From: a virus | Taxonomy: Duplodnaviria; Heunggongvirae; Uroviricota; Caudoviricetes | Virus record (IMG/VR): IMGVR_UViG_2681813236_000005 | Length of the DNA stretch: 9,396 bases | Direction: 5' to 3' (one strand) | In this document: in pieces, positions 7,537 to 9,396 of the stretch | Numbering within the stretch: the first letter of the stretch is position 1 | How the letters are laid out: each line of letters starts with the position of its first letter | Made by a program: the position numbers and the translations under genes | The notes under the pieces: generated by a model | Databases searched by the model: none | The model's input: only the letters and a program-made list of their open reading frames with translations | What the model was told of the DNA's origin: nothing

Positions 7537-8430
7537 GCCGGACAGGCTGCGACGTCGGCTCAGGAGGCTTCTTCCGGCGCAGGAACGGCATCAGCAAAGG
7601 CCGCTGAGGCATCAAAAAGTGCTGCCGCTGCAGAGTCCTCAAAAAGCGCGGCGGCCACCAGTGCCGGTGCCGCGAAAACGTCAGAAACGAATGCGGCAGC
7701 GTCACAACAATCAGCCGCCACGTCTGCATCCACCGCGACCTCGAAAGCGTCAGAAGCTGCCACGTCAGCCAGGGATGCGGCGGCCTCAAAAGAGGCTGCA
7801 AAATCATCAGAAACGAGCGCAGCCTCGAGCGCCGGTAGCGCAGCTTCCTCGGCAACGGCGGCAGGAAATTCCGCGAAGGCGGCAAAGACGTCTGAGACGA
7901 ACGCCAGGTCTTCTGAAACGGCAGCGGAACAGAGTGCCTCCGCAGCAGCAGGCTCAGAAACTGCTGCTGCATCATCGTCCCGTGAGGCGTCAGTTAAAGC
8001 GGAGGAGGCCTCAGCCAGTGCCACCGCCGCCGGAAAATCGGCAGAAAGTGCCGCATCGTCCGCTTCAGCAGCCACAATGAAGGCTGGCGAAGCCACTGAA
8101 CAGGCCACTGCAGCAGCGAGGTCTGCTTCCGCAGCGAGGACATCCGAGACGAACGCGAAAGCGTCGGAAACCCGTGCAGAATCTTCAGAAACGGCTGCTG
8201 TATCGTCCGCCAGTTCGGCGGCGTCATCAGCATCATCGGCGTCAGCTTCAAAAGATGAGGCGGCAAGGCTGGCGTCAGAGGCGCAGGGCAGTGCCACGAC
8301 GGCATCCGCGAAGGCGACAGAGGCAGCTGGCAGTGCGACAGCGGCAGCACAGAGCAAAAGCACGGCAGAATCCGCGGCAACGCGCGCTGAGACTGCGGCA
8401 AAACGGGCGGAGGATATTGCATCTGCCGTG
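7537..8430 (+). repeat. Imperfect in-frame repeat tract encoding Ala/Ser/Thr-rich units (KTSETNA-containing, roughly 70-85 codons apart) within the tail-fibre shaft
   Basis: Related DNA segments recur at about 7672-7700, 7881-7910 and 8137-8165 (gcgaaaacgtcagaaacgaatgcg / gcaaagacgtctgagacgaacgcc / acatccgagacgaacgcgaaagcg). Composition is strongly biased (GCN/TCN/ACN codons), and all three frames on both strands are nearly stop-free here. Confidence 0.6.
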
Positions 8431-9396
8431 GCGCTTGAGGATGCGAGCACGACGAAAAAGGGGATAGTCCAGCTCAGCAGTGCAACTAACAGTACATCTG
8501 AAACACTTGCCGCGACACCAAAGGCCGTAAAAGCCGCCTGTGAGAATGCTGAGAAACGACTGCAGAAAGATAAGAACGGTGCGGATGTCCCCGACAAAGA
8601 CACCTTTACGAAAAATATTGGTGCCTGCCGTGCCTTCGGTGGGGCCGTAAGCACAACGACAGGAGACTGGACGACCGCACAGTTTATCGGGTGGCTGGAT
8701 TCTCAGGGCGCATTTAACCATCCATACTGGATGTGCAAGGGCTCCTGGTCTTACGGTAATAATAAAATCATCACGGATACGGGCTGCGGAAATATTCATC
8801 TCGCCGGCGCTGTCATTGAGGTGATGGGGATAAAGTCAGCGATGACGATCCGCATAACCACACCGACAACATCCAGCGGAAGTGGAACGGCGAATGCGCA
8901 GTTTACCTATATTAATCATGGTGATGGTTATTCCCCTGGCTGGCGTCGTGACTACAACACGAAAAACAAGCCACCGGCCTTTGCGCTGGGAAAAACCGGG
9001 GAAACGCTCGCCGATACAGATGCCGTCGCCTGGAACCTGGACAGTGGCGCTTATTGTGCACAGGATGGTGGCGCATCATCCTTAATTCTTCATTTTAATA
9101 CAGGGGAAGGCAGCTGCCCCGCGGTCCAGTTTCGGGTGAATTACCGGAATGGCGGGATATTTTACCGCTCCGCCCGTGATGGCTATGGCTTTGAGGCGGA
9201 CTGGGAGCGTCTGTTCACGACAACGGGCGGGACCCTGGAAGGTGCTGTGGGTATCGGTGCACAGAATACGCTGGGCGGCCATTCACTTGCGCTGGGGAGG
9301 GGCGACACAGGCCTGAAACAAAACGGCGACGGTAATCTTGATGTTTACGCCGGTAACGCACGTGTAATGCGCTTTACAAACGGCAGCATTCAGGTC
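7537..9396 (+). CDS. stf: Side tail fibre protein (lambda Stf-like), internal fragment: 5' end lost in the gap, 3' end beyond the window
   Basis: The frame starting at 7537 is open for all 620 codons to 9396. It was not reported in the ORF track because it has neither an in-window start nor a stop. Translation is Ala/Ser/Thr-rich with recurring KTSETNA units, then AEDIASAVALEDASTTKKGIVQLSSATNSTSETLAATPKAVK, a conserved phage tail-fibre motif, then a Cys/Gly/aromatic-containing distal domain. Position downstream of J matches the lambda stf locus. Confidence 0.85.

Noticed and set aside
7046-7975. Minus-strand ORF spanning the N run (translation full of X)
   Set aside because: It is an artefact of translating through the assembly gap.
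7560-8654. 364-aa Ala-rich ORF on the minus strand, and Arg/Pro/Gln-rich + strand ORFs 7619..8080 and 8174..8467
   Set aside because: These are alternate-frame and antisense readings of the Ala/Ser/Thr-encoding repeat tract of the tail-fibre gene. The true frame starts at 7537 and is open to the window end; the composition of these ORFs is an artefact of GCN/NGC periodicity.
1-9396. Search for a novel defence system, CRISPR array, toxin-antitoxin pair, integrase or IS element
   Set aside because: I found no direct-repeat/spacer architecture, no transposase-like or recombinase-like ORF, and no unexplained intergenic space apart from the gap. Every substantial ORF is accounted for by the canonical lambdoid tail genes, so claiming a new system would not be supported by this sequence.

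Overview
This window is one + strand block of a lambda-like (lambdoid siphovirus) tail-tip morphogenesis module, most likely prophage DNA in an enterobacterial assembly. The order is: 3' part of the tape-measure gene H (cut by the window start), then M, L, K, I and the central tail fibre / host-specificity gene J. A 393-nt run of N (assembly gap) follows, then an internal fragment of a side-tail-fibre (Stf-like) gene that runs off the window end. Genes are tightly packed, with overlapping stop/start codons (H/M, M/L) and a 103-nt out-of-frame K/I overlap, exactly as in phage lambda. I see no rRNA, tRNA, CRISPR array, IS element or defence/toxin cassette. I find no support for a previously undescribed system: this is a well-characterised module. 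The points worth a second look are the host-range determinants (J C-terminus and the mosaic tail-fibre C-terminus), the K start-codon choice, the Ala/Ser/Thr-rich repeat tract next to the gap, and an intergenic hairpin before J. All product calls rest on reading the translated ORFs against remembered lambda proteins; no database search was run.
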